From Octopus vulgaris (lineage: Eukaryota), in NCBI GenBank assembly GCA_951406725.2, contig OX597836.1, forward strand, positions 23,622,001 through 23,686,000: DNA of 64,000 bases, written 5' to 3'. Shown here piece after piece: positions 11,341 to 24,774 of this stretch (within the stretch, counting starts at the first letter, position 1; each line of letters begins with the position of its first letter). The position numbers were made by a program, and so were the translations under genes. The notes beneath the pieces are model-generated. The model searched no databases, was not told where the DNA came from, and worked only from the letters and a program-made list of their open reading frames with translations.

Positions 11341-12041
11341 TGTATGTATGTATGTATGTATGTATGTATGTACGTACGTATGTATGTATGTATGTATGTA
11401 TGTATGTATGTATGTGTGTATGTATGTATGTATGTGTGTATGTATGTATGTATGTATGTATGTATGTATGTATGTATGTATGTATGTATGTATGTATGTA
11501 TGTATGTATGTATGTATGTATGTATGCGCGTGTATGTGTAAAAGCAACGTATTTGCACAATTTCTCTCACAACTGATTTCGATTTCAAAATTTATATATT
11601 ATCGATGGGGATAAATCTGTCTTTTCTTCCACGATACTAGTATAAGAAAGCTTCTTCAATCAGCTACGTCTACCAATTTGTTATTTTGTAGATGTGGGTA
11701 AGTTACTGTGGCAATGGTAGCGTTCGTTATACCTTCCTCAAATTTCGGGTAACATCATCGAAATAAAGTCTAAAAGTCTTGACAAGGCACAATAAATTTG
11801 GACTTGTTTCAAGAAGTGAGGCCCCTAAAATACCAGCAGAAACAATCTTTCAGCAGTACAACAGGCGTTGCTCTTTTCTGTGTATTGTTAGTGGTGGCCA
11901 ACCAACATAATCTTTGGTGCCAGTGAGGCTGTTCTTGCTGTTGCTATTTCTGTACGTGTAAGGGTTTTATTTTTGTGTGGAGAGAAATGGTATTTTGTAG
12001 GTAGGAGCGATCTCGGGAGATTTCTATTTGGATGCGATTTG

Positions 12042-12404
12042 GATGACGAGGGTTCCGGTTGATCCGAATCAACGGAACAGCCTGCTCGTGAAATTAACGT
12101 GTAAGTGGCTGAGCACTCCACAGACACGTGCACCTTTAACGTAGTTCTCGGGGATATTCAGCGTGACACAGAGAGTGACAAGGCCGGCCCCTTGAAATAC
12201 AGGTACAACAGAAACAGGAAGTAAGAGTGAGAGAAAGTTGTGGTGAAAGAGTACATCAGGGATCACCACCATCCCCTGCCGGAGCCTCGTGGAGCTTTTA
12301 GGTGTTTTCGCTCAATAAACACTCACAACGCCCGGTCTGGGAATCGAAACCACGATCCTATGACCGAGAGTCCACTGTCCTAACCACTAGGCCATTGCGC
12401 CTCC
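12042..12404 (-). mobile_element. SINE family B copy
   Basis: Reverse complement of 2668-3056. Confidence 0.92.
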
Positions 12405-12759
12405 ACAATACTGAAGTAGCCTACTTATGAACCATCTAATGCATTTCTTGTTCTCCAATATTGTTGTTACCTTCTGCGGGTCAAATAACTTACCTGTGAA
12501 TGCTCGCAGTAGGATTGTGCATCATTTTGATTACGTTGCTGTCTCCTGTGATGCATTGTGACACTTTGTGGAGGAGCTGTATGTAACTTCCAATATTCCT
12601 TTCTTCTGTGTAAGAAATACATTTATGGTGTTGAATGTCACGGTTGGTTGTATTAAGTATTCTCTGGTAGTTCTGGTAATAAGGGAGGCGGTGGATTCGG
12701 TGGGTGGTACCTGAAGTCTGTTGTGAAGCCATGTCTAAAGGATTCTACTAGAATTGGAA

Positions 12760-12927
12760 TAGTCGTGTAACAATATCTGAAGATTGATTGGAAGATATGA
12801 TTAGTCGTGTAACAATATCTGAAGATTGATAGGAAGATATGATTAGTCGTGTAACAATATCTGAAGATTGATTGGAAGATATGATTAGTCGTGTAACAAT
12901 ATCTGAAGATTGATAGGAAGATATGAT
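12760..12927. repeat. 42-bp tandem repeat x4 (ABAB)
   Basis: Unit tagtcgtgtaacaatatctgaagattgat(t/a)ggaagatatgat. Confidence 0.95.
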
Positions 12928-13888
12928 TTTGCTGCCATCGTGGTATGAGACTGCCTGTATGTTTTGGGAAGTTGTGGGGTGGTTTGTTTATATATTTATA
13001 AGTTAAATAAAGTAGATGGGAGGACTGGTCAACCCTGCCAGCGTTATTTTTCTCCCCTTTTAAAATGGTGGTGAGTACTTTTTGTATTTGTGGAGAACAG
13101 GGAATGGAATCAAATGGTTTGTTGGTGTTGATGATGGTGACAATGATACATATGCAAGAATTTGGCCGTTGAGGCTATCGATTCCTTTTAGTTTCTTAAA
13201 TTGGGGAGAAATACGGTGGTTGAGTTTAATGGTTTGAATACAAACGGGGGTTTAGAGAGAAGATGCAGGGATTAGCGAGCTCAAGGATTAGCATTTCTCG
13301 AATGTTCGACGAGGCTAGGCTGAGGTAGTTGATGATTGTGTGATGTTACTTGAGGCTTTTCTTCTTTTTATTTTGGTGTCAGTGCGCTTTAGAATTGGTG
13401 TCATTTGGTTCAACTTCCGGATTCTAGGAATTTGACAGTGTTGCTATTATTGCAGACGAATGCAGTGAATACTTCAGATTCTCTACTTGTCGTGCAAGTT
13501 GCATACTTTGTTATCAGTGAATGTGCGTGCGCACGCGCGTGTTTATGATGAAAGGGACGGTTAAAATTCCTGGTCAAGGTTGAAGGTGCACAGTTTTCGT
13601 TTTGTGTTCCTATCTGATTTGAGTGGACTTTTGTGGCTGATTGTGGAGAAATGCGTCGTAAGGTGTTTGCTTGGTGTTATTGCTTGGAGACGTCATTTGA
13701 AATCGTTATTGTCACGTGACCTACGATGTAAGCAATGTTGTTAATGGAAGTCATTATACTCTTTCTGCTATATTAATTTTAGTATTGCCATTTACGTTAG
13801 ATACATGTTTTTATCCAAGTTATCTATCTCTGTTTGTCCCTGTCTGTCTGTATGGATGTCTTCCCCCCTTTCTCTCTCTCTCTCTCAA

Positions 13889-14020
<132 letters not shown>

Positions 14021-15225
14021 TCTAGGGTGAAAGATATCAGTTACCATAAATCTATCTTATATCAGATCGGTTGATTTGAAGTGCTTTTGGATATGGAAGG
14101 TATTAGACATGTGGTACATAATATTGGTTAGACTGGCCTGACGATCGAAAAGTGACAGTAGTAGTTTGGTTAAAGTTTGCTTTAGTTTGTTTTAGAAAGA
14201 GCTGAATGTTATTTGAAATGCTTATTTCTGTATGAAGTGTACGGATCGGCGATGTTATTAAATACCGAAGCGAGTTCGGACAGGTAAAAGATTCGACAGC
14301 AGATACATTCTGAGGAGCAAATGGCGGAAGTTATTTTGTTGCTATTATCCTGACGAGTGAGAAAAGTGATATGGAAAGTGAAGATTGCTCAGACACCACT
14401 TTTCACTTGTAATGTAGTATATCGCCTGGATGGACTTTAACAACTAAAGCTGGATAGCCATGTTAGTTGGTCCGGAGCTCATCTCTTATTGTCTTAGTTT
14501 TATGTTCATAAGTATTCAATATTTTTTCCAAAGTCAATTATCACTATGTAGATAGACAGTCGAATCTACACCAGTTGTCACTGTAGGATTTGAAGTTAAC
14601 TGATTCTACCCTAGTTGTTATTGTAGCGATTCACAGTTGATTCTGTTCCAGTTATCACCCTGCAAATGTATAGACTGTTGATTCTATGATAGACATTTTT
14701 AATTGGAGGATAGACATATTTAATTGCTGGAATCGACCTATATATATCATTGATATTTTATCAAGCTGGTTGTGGGGAGTAACCTGACATTTTCAAATCA
14801 AGAAGCAGAAGATTCTGCATAAAAGTGAAAAAATGAACTAAGCCGAGCTTACTATATTATTAATTACATATTTGACTCCAAGCTAAAAATTTACACGCAG
14901 CATTTACATTTATGAAATGTTGACACGCACTGCTAAATATGTAAAAAAGAAAGATAACTTGCCCTAAAGGGTAAAAATATATAAGTTACCTCCCTTACAC
15001 CTAGTTACTCTTACTACAAGCGTTCGTCATTTACAAGCTGTCATTGGTGGCGCCCTAATCTGATAGAGTTTGTGAGGAGATGAAACTTAGCAGCTTGGAA
15101 CCGTTTTATTTTGTTGGTATTTATTGCAACAATAGCAAATGTCACAAGTCGACAAAAGGAATCTATATAAAATTGTTGAACACACACACACAAGCATGCA
15201 CGCACTTACGCACACAAGCACGCGC

Positions 15226-15343
<118 letters not shown>

Positions 15344-15623
15344 CTAATTATTTATTGATATAACACTATAATGTCTGCTTACGTACAAGTATGCCATTTT
15401 TTCACTCTACCTACCAAACTATTTGCATTTCCAACCAGGTGAATTAAAGTATTTCAATATTATTGTTTAAAAATTTTCTGAATATACAAACACTTTCATT
15501 ATATTCTTTTCAAAAACGTCTCATTTTGCCTGATCGTCCCAAAATGGCCAACGAGAAACTACGAGTATAAATTTGTCATATTTCAGCATCAAGAACATTA
15601 TAGCACTCGATATTAGTCTTTAA

Positions 15624-15855
15624 AGGCGGTGAGCTGGCAGAAACGTTAGCGCGCCGGACGAAATGCTTAGCGGTATTTCGTCTGCCGTTACGTTCTGAGT
15701 TCAAATTCCGCCAAGGTCGACTTTGCCTTTCATCCTTTCGGGGTCGATTAAATAAGTACCAGTTACGCACTGGGGTCGATATAATCGACTTAATCCGTTT
15801 GTCTGTCCTTGTTTGTCCTCTCTGTGTTTAACCCCTTGTGGTTAGTAAAGAAATA
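15624..15855 (+). mobile_element. tRNA-derived SINE family C with Meta/MESC-like central domain
   Basis: Head ggcggtgagctggcaga...gagttcaaattcc; core gcctttcatcctttcggggtcgattaaataagtaccag; 15-bp TSD gatattagtctttaa. Confidence 0.9.
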
Positions 15856-15926
15856 GATATTAGTCTTTAATCAGTCTTGTTTCTACGTCATTATGTATGT
15901 ATGTATGTATGTATGTATGTACGTAC

Positions 15927-15995
<69 letters not shown>

Positions 15996-16669
15996 TGTGT
16001 TACCATCAAAACAGAACGGTCCGATGAATTCTTTTGATAATAATATTCCCTATACTTCAAAACCTGGTGAGTTAACATGATGTAAATCCGTGATATGCGG
16101 ATTCTCGGTCCCTCTGTACATGCTATTGTGGCGGTTAACTGAGCCATTCATTTAAATGTCCCCCTCCTCATTCCTAACAATCGTTGTTGGAATATGTGTA
16201 TGGTTTGCGCATCTTGCCAAAACCAATCGCAAACTATCACCCTTCGGTTCAGATCATCTTCGTTGACAGGTATGAACTATTCTCGGAATGTAATCATTCT
16301 AATGATAGCGCTTTAACATGCGTGGGACGCTTCATTTTTAAATTCCTATTTTACTTCTCGCTTGTCGCTCAGATTTCTTAAACACTGGCAAAAAGTTTCT
16401 AATAACCTTTTTGGGTTTGTAGCACACGTTGATGTCCGCAGTCTTCTGGAGCCTTTCTTGTGAACATTCTGAAAATTTCCATCCGCTTCTAATTTATCTC
16501 TAGTCCGAGTGATGGTTAGTCGCGTTTCAGCAACTCTTTAGTTACGCTTCCTTTGTTCACAGCTTATTCTATGTCCCTTCAATATTTCTAACAGGTTAAA
16601 TTTTTAAAATAAATGAAAATTAAGTGAGTCATTAGCTCTGGAAAGGTGTATACAAGTTTTGGGACCAAC

Positions 16670-18003
16670 CTGTATCTACCTATCTACCTCCTTCCCTCCC
16701 TACGTCCCACCCCTCCCTCCCTACGTCCCAACCCTTCACCCCTCCCTCCCCTACCTACCTACCTACCTACCTACATACCTACCTATCTACCTGCCTACCT
16801 GTCTGCCTACCTACCTGCCTACCTGCCTGCCTGCCTGCCTACCTACCTACCTACCTACCTACCTACCTACCTACCTACCTACCTACCTACCTACCTACCT
16901 ACCTACCTACCTACCTACCTATCTACCTGCCTACCTGTCTGCCTACCTACCTGCCTACCTGCCTGCCTGCCTGCCTACCTACCTACCTACCTGCCTGCCT
17001 ACCTACGTACCTGCCTACCTACCTACCTACCTACCTACCTACCTACCTACTTACCTACCTACCTACCTACCTACCTACCTACCTACCTGCCTGCCTACCT
17101 ACCTACCTACCTACCTACCTGGCTGCCTGCCTGCCTACCTACCTACCTACCAACCTACCTACCTACCTACCCACCTACCTACCTACCTACCTACCTACCT
17201 ACTACCTACCTACCTACCTACCTACCTACCTACCTACCTACCTACCAACCTACCTACCTATCCCTATAACTACCTACCTACCTACCTACCTACCAACCTA
17301 CCTACCAACCTACCTACATACCTACCTACCTACCTACCTACCTACCCACCTACCAACCTACCCACCTACCTACCTACCTACCTACCTACCTGCCTGCCTA
17401 CCTACCTACCTACCTACCAACCTACCTACCTACCTACCTACCCACCTACCCACCTACCTACCTACCTACCTACCTACCTACCTACCAACCTACCTACCAA
17501 CCTACCTACCTACCTACCTGCCTACCTACTTACCTACCTACCAACCTACCTACCTACCTACCTACCTACTTACCTACCTACCAACCTACCTACCTACCAA
17601 CCTACCTACCTACCTACCTACCTAACTACCTACCTCCCTCCCTATAACTACCAACCTACCTACCTACTTACCTACCTACCTACCTACCTACTTACCAACC
17701 TATCTACCTACCTACCTACCTACCTACCTACCTACCTACCTACCTACCTACCTACCTACCTACCTACCTACCTACCTACCTACCTACCTACCTACCTACC
17801 TACCTACCTACCTCCCTCCCTATAACTACCAATCTACCTACCTACCTACCTACCTACCTACCTACCTACCAACCTACCTACCTACCTACCTACCTACCTA
17901 CCTACCTACCTACCTACCTACCTACCCACCTACCTACCTACCTACCTACCTACCTACCTACCTACCTACCTACCTACCTACCTACCTACATACCTACCTA
18001 CTT
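16670..18003. repeat. About 1.3-kb (CCTA)n/(CCTG)n complex satellite
   Basis: Directly visible; source of LPTY ORFs. Confidence 0.95.
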
Positions 18004-18384
18004 ATCTATATATCTATGTTTACACTGTGTTGTTTCGGTATGTAGCATTTTGCCAAGAGGTATCTTCACTGGCAAGCGTCCTGGTATGTATTATACAGAC
18101 ATATGAGATCAACACAAGATCATGTTGAGGTCGTTGAACGAGGCTGGGTCATGAATATTTTGCAGAAGTTCTCTGAGATTTATTAAAACTTCTTCTTTAG
18201 ATACCATGTCTCCAAAAAGTTAGAGTTTTCAGATATCATGGAAAATAGAAAGATTTATTCTATCGTTTCCCCCCTCAAATATGGTTATACTTCAAAAATA
18301 ATAATGCTCTATGAATTTGGAATATATTAAAGCATTTTAGATTAAAACATAATATATTACAATATTATATAATACTTACGTTTA

Positions 18385-18695
18385 TATATTCGTTTTGCAA
18401 GATTCTTGATGTGAAACCGTGTGTCGAAACAGATATTGTTGAATTTGGGGATGGTCATGTTGCCAGTTTAGCCAAAGAAAACACAGGCACTATATATTTG
18501 GTGTTAATTTGTTTCAGTTTTATTTTATATTAATCGTATTTCAGCCACCGATAAGGTCACAGAAGTGTGACGAAGTAACTCTGGCCGAAATACGATTAAT
18601 ATAAAATGTAGCTGAAGCAAATTAACACCAAATATATAGTACGTGTGTTTTCATTGGCTAAACTGGCAACATGACCATCCCCAAATACAATATTA
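18385..18695. mobile_element. Putative PLE-type fragment forming a long fold-back
   Basis: Arms about 18443-18547 and 18582-18686 are reverse complements; related piece at 26810-26860. Confidence 0.6.
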
Positions 18696-18872
18696 TATAA
18701 TACGTTATTGGAATAAATTAAAACTGTATTATTTGGAATATTTAAAACATAATCTATTAAAATCTGATTGATTTAGCAATATGAACGCGAAACAATGAGA
18801 GACTAAATAATTTTCTGTCTTCTGTAGTAGCTGAAACGGGTTGTTAACTGTTTGAAGGTATGGCTTTTAAAT

Positions 18873-18974
18873 AAGTACCAGTTACGCACTGGGGTCGATA
18901 TACTCGACTTAATCCGTTTGTCTGTCCTTGTTTGTCCTCTCTGTGTTTAGCCCCTTGTGGGTAATAAAGAAATT
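18873..18974 (+). mobile_element. 5'-truncated SINE family C
   Basis: Matches 15751-15855; 24-bp TSD tgtttgaaggtatggcttttaaat at 18849-18872 and 18975-18998. Confidence 0.9.
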
Positions 18975-19059
18975 TGTTTGAAGGTATGGCTTTTAAATGT
19001 GAAATTTTAATGATGAGCGCATTTCAAATATCTACAATCTAGACGAATATTTTGTTGTG

Positions 19060-19380
19060 GTGGGTGTTCGCCTTTGTCTGAGGATTAGGATTCAGCTCTT
19101 CGATCAATTCGATTACCTGTTTCCAAATTAATATGCAAGTGGCTGATACGTTTATCCTTAACATAATTCTCAGGCAGATCAGCGTGACACAATGTGCTTT
19201 TTGGATTTTATCGAATCCTCAAGGTCATTTTTTTTTTACAGTGTTTGTTTATCAAACTTCAGATACAAGGTACAAGTCAACCCAGGGCTATATGAAACGA
19301 CATTTGCACTAAATGCGACGCAATGAAATCGAACCCGAAACTTCGTGGCTGCATAGCGGACTTAACCATTTGGCCTTACT
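19060..19380 (-). mobile_element. Old diverged SINE (family B-like tail)
   Basis: gcaagtggctga...cagcgtgacaca resembles the family B tail; decayed tRNA head near 19320-19378. Confidence 0.55.
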
Positions 19381-19402
19381 TCGCCCCCACCCACACGCAC
19401 GA

Positions 19403-19727
19403 ATACATACATACATACATACATACATACATACATACATACATACATACATACATACATACATACATACATGCATGCATACATACATACATACATACAT
19501 ACATACATACATACATACATACATACATAGCATACATACATACATGCATGCATGCATACATACATACATACATACATACATACATACATACATACATACA
19601 TACATACATACATACATACATACATACATACATACATACATACATACATACAAGCATGCATGCATACATGCATGCATACATACATACATACCTACATACA
19701 TACATACATACATACATACATACATAC
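19403..19727. repeat. (TACA)n microsatellite
   Basis: Directly visible; abuts apparent 5' end of the R4-type element. Confidence 0.95.
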
Positions 19728-20868
19728 CGTATAGACCTATACTAGTTGTATAGAAAGGCAAGGGAAGGTCCCACCAGTAAGCTACGTTTGTTGAAAAGAA
19801 ATATGCCACCTAACCGAACAAAATCGTTCAGCTAACATGTCCAAATGATAATATTCATATTGACTTTACTGTAAAGCATTCCGCGGAGAGACAACGAACG
19901 ACAAGACACACCACGACTCAGACGAACATTGCAATAACAAACCGCCGCCATTCCACGGACATGTGGCAATCGCTTATGATCTCACAAAAACGAGTGACAA
20001 AATGTAAAATGCTAAAACCAGAGCTTGCATCGGAGTTCGTGCAGAGCTTCACAATTTACATGCATAAGACTCTGTATAAGAGAACGGCACCGACACGAAT
20101 TGGGAACTCTCACAAACTAGATGTTATTCGTGTTCGATGAAATTGCGAGAGAACAACTAGCTGAAATCCGAACTTTCAGCTTTTGGACAATCAATGTAGT
20201 GCTCTGTTGTGCTGTAGTAACTGTACGCTAACTGGTGGGAGTAACAGAGGCCGATCCAAGGGATAATACCGAGTCATAATGGATTACTTCTCTCCAAACT
20301 AACATAAATGGACTCAAGAATAATTTGGGATGGTTTGACACATTCATCAGATGCAAGGCTAAAAACGAGTTTACGAATCACCAGCTACGATGGCATGATA
20401 AATTATCGAAATTATTTGGGAACTACCGCCGAGAAACACTCACAAGCAAATTGATCACCCTCAAACACAATCTACGGGCGAAAAGAGAAAAGCTTCGTTA
20501 TTGTAAAAAATCAAAGGAATGTAAAACGATAAACCGCAAGTTTGCCCGAAACCCAGAAGGTGTATTGTTGTAGTATGAAAGGCATTACAATCAAGGTAGG
20601 AAATACACCTCTCCAGGAAAACCTACAGTCGTTCCAGCGGGGAGTCTTGGATGTAAACAAAGAATACAATCGCGAAGGGAGAATTGTGTTAATGCCTCTC
20701 CTGAAACATATAGGAGTGGCTGTGTGGTAAGTAGCTTGCTTACCAGCCACATGGTTCCGGGTTCAGTCCCACTGCGTGGCACCTTGGGCAAGTATCTTCT
20801 ACTATAGCCACGGGCCAACCAAAGCCTTGTGAGTGGAATTGGTAGACTGAAACGGAAAGAAGTCTGTC

Positions 20869-20914
<46 letters not shown>

Positions 20915-23270
20915 GTGTGTGTGTGTGTGTGTGTGTATACGTTTGTGTGTCTGTCTTTGTCCCCCCAACATCGCTTGACAACCGATGCTGGTGTGTTTAC
21001 GTCCCCGTAACTTATCGGTTCGGCAAAAGAAAACGATAGAATAAGTACTAGGCTTACAAATAATAAGTCCTGGGGTCGATTTTCTCGACTAAAGGCGGTG
21101 CTCCAGCATGGCCGCAGTCAAATGACTGAAACAAGTAAAAGAGTAAGAGTAAAGAGTATATAACATCACCAGTGAAACACTCCTGACAAGTGTTATGAAA
21201 CTGCCGAGGTCACTGGTACAAAAAGCTAACGTTCTATGGGGAAATCTCACATCTCTGTTTTTAAAATGAACCCAAAAAGCAATAAACGCTCAGTTTAATA
21301 TATCAGATTGGCTGACAGTTGCACGGACAACTCTTATATCCAAGAACAAAGAGACCTGTGTGATGAAAAACTATAGGCCCATTAGCATGCTTGAATGTTA
21401 TGTAGAAACTGTATACGGGTTTTCGGAATATGTTTCTCCAATGACCTAAGCCAAACAAATGGTGTGATAACAGATGAACAGGCAGCACGAAAGAAATGGG
21501 TCTGGGGCTGTTCTGAACAGCTCCTCCTCAACAAAGCTGTTCTTTAGGAAGTCAAGCAACATCGCTGTAATCTCTTAACGATATGGCTAAACTACAAGAA
21601 GTCGTTCGACTTTGTGTCTCACTCATCGATGATAGAATCGCTACACGCTTCCAAAGTACCAGCTGCTATGGTGAATTCCATTGAAAAACTGACCACATCA
21701 TGGTCCCAACAATTAACTCTGAAACCTAGTAAAGCAACACCTATTGTTACAAACAGAATTACCTTATCAACAGGTATATTCTGGCTGATATTTTATCTGT
21801 AATGTTGTCTGTATTGTCAGTGTACCCCTTGCCAAAGCTAAATGCCGAAAGGAATAAAACTGATGTCACCCACACATTTTTTGTTGATGACCTAAAGTTA
21901 TATTCTGGTAATATGATCGACACCAAGAGACAATTGTAACTGGTCCCTAAAGGCTCACGAGATATAAGAATGGAGTTTGGGCAAGGTAAATGCTCATACA
22001 TGGTAATCAACCGAGGAAAGATTGTAAACCAGGCAGAGAACATGTATATCAAAGGCTTGTCTATCACCACTATCTCTAATGGTGAAAGCTACAGTTATCT
22101 CGGAATCTATGAGAATGTTTCATACGTTGGTGCTGTGACTAAAGCAAGAATAACAGAAGAGTACACCTTTAAACTCCGGAAAGTATTGTACTCAGAGCTG
22201 TCTGCACTTAAAAATACCATATCTCGATATTTTCGCAGTGCCGGTGCTAGTACCAACGTTTGGGATATTGCACTGGATACTCGATGAGATGATACGCAGC
22301 CTAGTCCTCAAAACCAGAAAGGTACTGGACACTACTGGCAGTTCCGTATTAACAGTGACAACGATAGAAGTTATATAAGACGATGTGATGGCGGTTGAAG
22401 CATAAGGTCTGTCCAAATAGCCTTTGAACGTCACAATGTGTCACTCAAACAACATCCGCTGAACAGTAAAGATAGAAATGAGTACATTCCATGCATACTC
22501 AAAAGTAAGAGCAATAGCATTTTCAGACTTGGAGAAGAACTATTGTGTAGTTAGGTACTCTGAGAATACAACTGTCTCATGTGACCCCCAAAAAGTCTAG
22601 ATTCGCCTACCTAAACAGAAAGTTGGAGAAGTAAGCATCATACCAGCAAAAAGCAATGTATTGGTACATATCCTGTAAACTGCATTGGCACGAAGAGTAG
22701 CCTCTTCTGGACCTGCGATAGATACATTACATCTCACCTAAAAGGAAATGCCTTCGCCATCCAGGAACAAGAAATAGCTACTAAATACCTGATATACAAG
22801 AGGGATAAAGATACCACTTAACTTCCACTTTCTGATAAAAAAAAAATGTCGGCTACACTTTACCAGTGTGAAAGACATCACTCACATCGTCAGCAGCTGC
22901 CCCAAAATGTCTACAAGATACTACCTGCCCCCGAAGCATGGCATAGTTGCAAAGACTATTTACAATGCTATCCACCGGAAGGACTGTCCTGGCGTATACC
23001 TCAAAGGCATGTCAGAACCGGCAGGTATTGACATCTTTAAGAGCAAGGAATAATGGTATTCACACCTTTAAAAACATCAATTCGGTGCAAACATAGCAAG
23101 CCTGATATTGTCCTGTAGAACAGGGAACAAAAGCCATGCACTGTTGCAGAGGTCAGCTGCCCAGTGGATGTGAATGTACCATTAAAAGTCCAGGAGAAAG
23201 CGGACATTTATGGTGTATTCATGAGTGACTTACACCTCTGGTACCCTGACTATAAACTCTCATATCTTAT
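19728..23270 (+). mobile_element. Decayed R4/Dong-type non-LTR retrotransposon (RT + CCHC + RLE), interrupted by SINE A
   Basis: Frameshifted motifs NYRP..CLN, WGCSEQLLLNKAV, WLNYKKSFDFVSH, FFVDDLKLY, MEFGQGKC, YSYLGI, DITHIVSSCPKM..RYYL..HGIVAK, SKPDIVL, EVSCP. Confidence 0.88.
20712..21157 (+). mobile_element. SINE family A, full length, nested in the R4-type element
   Basis: Head, body, internal (TA)n(TG)n and gagtaa-type tail. Confidence 0.93.
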
Positions 23271-23554
23271 TTTGAAGTCTTCGTCCAAATAATCCAGGAC
23301 CAAAAAGTTTCCTTCAAGCATCTAATACAGAAAACACAAAAATCATCAACTCCTAACAAATGTAGAAAACAAAAAGCCTCAAATGCATCGTTGCCAACCC
23401 TGACAGCATCGCAGTAGATATTACTTTTCAATGAGACATGATGCGGTCGACGGAACAATCTGGTATATAAAGGTGAATAGAATGAGACCGATGGATGAAA
23501 AGAATATTGATGCAACTTAAAAATAGAAATACTCAACGAATTTAGACACGTCCG

Positions 23555-23977
23555 GGATCTTTTCGGTTTGAACGGCAGTTTTTTCTAGCGGTGTCATATG
23601 AAATTGTCACCCATAATTATGACCCTAGAATCGATCTATTGCATTTCAATCTGTTTTAGGGTTAGGGTTAGGGTTAGGGGTGGGGGAAGGGTATCTTTTA
23701 TCTTTACAAATGTAAATAAACCCAATCTGTTTCTGAAACGAGGGACATATTCATGCGGCACAGAATGTTTTTTTTACCTCAATAGACATCACTGGTTGGT
23801 TGAAATTGCAGAAATTCAAGAAAAAAAACAACAAATATCTTACAAACTATAGAATTTTCTCAATAAAGCCAAGAGAAAAAGATGTTTTATAAACACATTC
23901 TACCAGTATAAGAAGTTTAACATTTTTTAGTTAGCTAGAAATTATGTTAAAAACTGCCGTTCAAACCGAAAAGATCC
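23555..23977. mobile_element. MITE with GG termini and 8-bp TSD (Merlin-like)
   Basis: Perfect TIR GGATCTTTTCGGTTTGAACGGCAGTTTTT; TSD cacgtccg at 23547-23554 and 23978-23985; internal (TTAGGG)3-4. Confidence 0.9.
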
Positions 23978-24094
23978 CACGTCCGATTTCATACTGTTGT
24001 TCGGAATAACAGAATAAAAACATGCCTTGTTGTAGAAGTCAGTTGCTTACTTGGTCTTGTATTATATTTATGAATCATTGAGGAGAAGAATTTG

Positions 24095-24352
24095 CAAAAG
24101 CCAAAACTTCCAAACCAAAACTACCACATTCACAACTCATTATTTGTGGAGCAACCCGGCTGAATATCTGCGCACAAACCTTCTTGATCAAAGAATAGCT
24201 GGAATAGGATTCTTGGAAAAAGAACGCAGCTCCATAATTCCTAGGCTACAAATAATCACGATATCCGGAACTTTAAAAATGTATATAATCGAAACATTTA
24301 AAAGACGAATGGTTACACAAAGGCTGACAAAAGAAAGAAAGAAAGAAAGAAA
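24095..24352 (+). mobile_element. Third R4-type fragment (extreme C-terminus)
   Basis: IGFLEKERSSIIPRLQIITISGTLK parallels LGFSEREIDRLTRTLQMHSMSGTVK at 47385-47460. Confidence 0.6.
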
Positions 24353-24720
24353 CTATACTTTAGAATCCTGCTTATAGAGTAAGTGGTCGGTTAAAATAAA
24401 CTCTAAAATTCCCATCAAGAGTACACACACACACACGCGCGCGCGCGCGCATGCACATTTGTGTGTCTGTGTGTATTTAGGCAGACAATGAAAACAGCTT
24501 ATTATGATCACTCTGGTATGGAGTCTTTTATATAGTAATAAATGGTTGATAACATTAAGCAGAGGATATAATGATATCCAGAGCATGTTTGAGGATCCAC
24601 TAATTTTCATAGCAATAAACGTTTGATATCAATAACATTATCCGTGATTATAATGTTTCCACTCTATACACACGCGCCGCGCGCGCGCGCACACACACAC
24701 ACACACGCACGCACACGCAT

Positions 24721-24774
<54 letters not shown>

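Larger units (their letters stand above)
11640..13720 (-). mobile_element. Highly decayed LINE-like remnant interrupted by a SINE
   Basis: ORF 12490-12732 has CITGDSN (APE GDFN-like); coding-like composition; clade not assignable. Confidence 0.35.

Noticed and set aside
12760-12927. CRISPR array
   Set aside because: No spacers, eukaryotic context, no cas genes
14130-14420. Hammerhead cores at ctgacga (14137, 14350) and ctgagga (14310)
   Set aside because: Could not assemble GAAA, stems and UH consistently
16659-17825. 388-aa LPTY-rich ORF (and all VCVC, YIYI, HTHT, MYVC ORFs)
   Set aside because: Translations of simple repeats; no evidence of coding function
23656-23685. Telomere or chromosome fusion site
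   Set aside because: Only 3-4 units, located inside a TIR/TSD-bounded MITE
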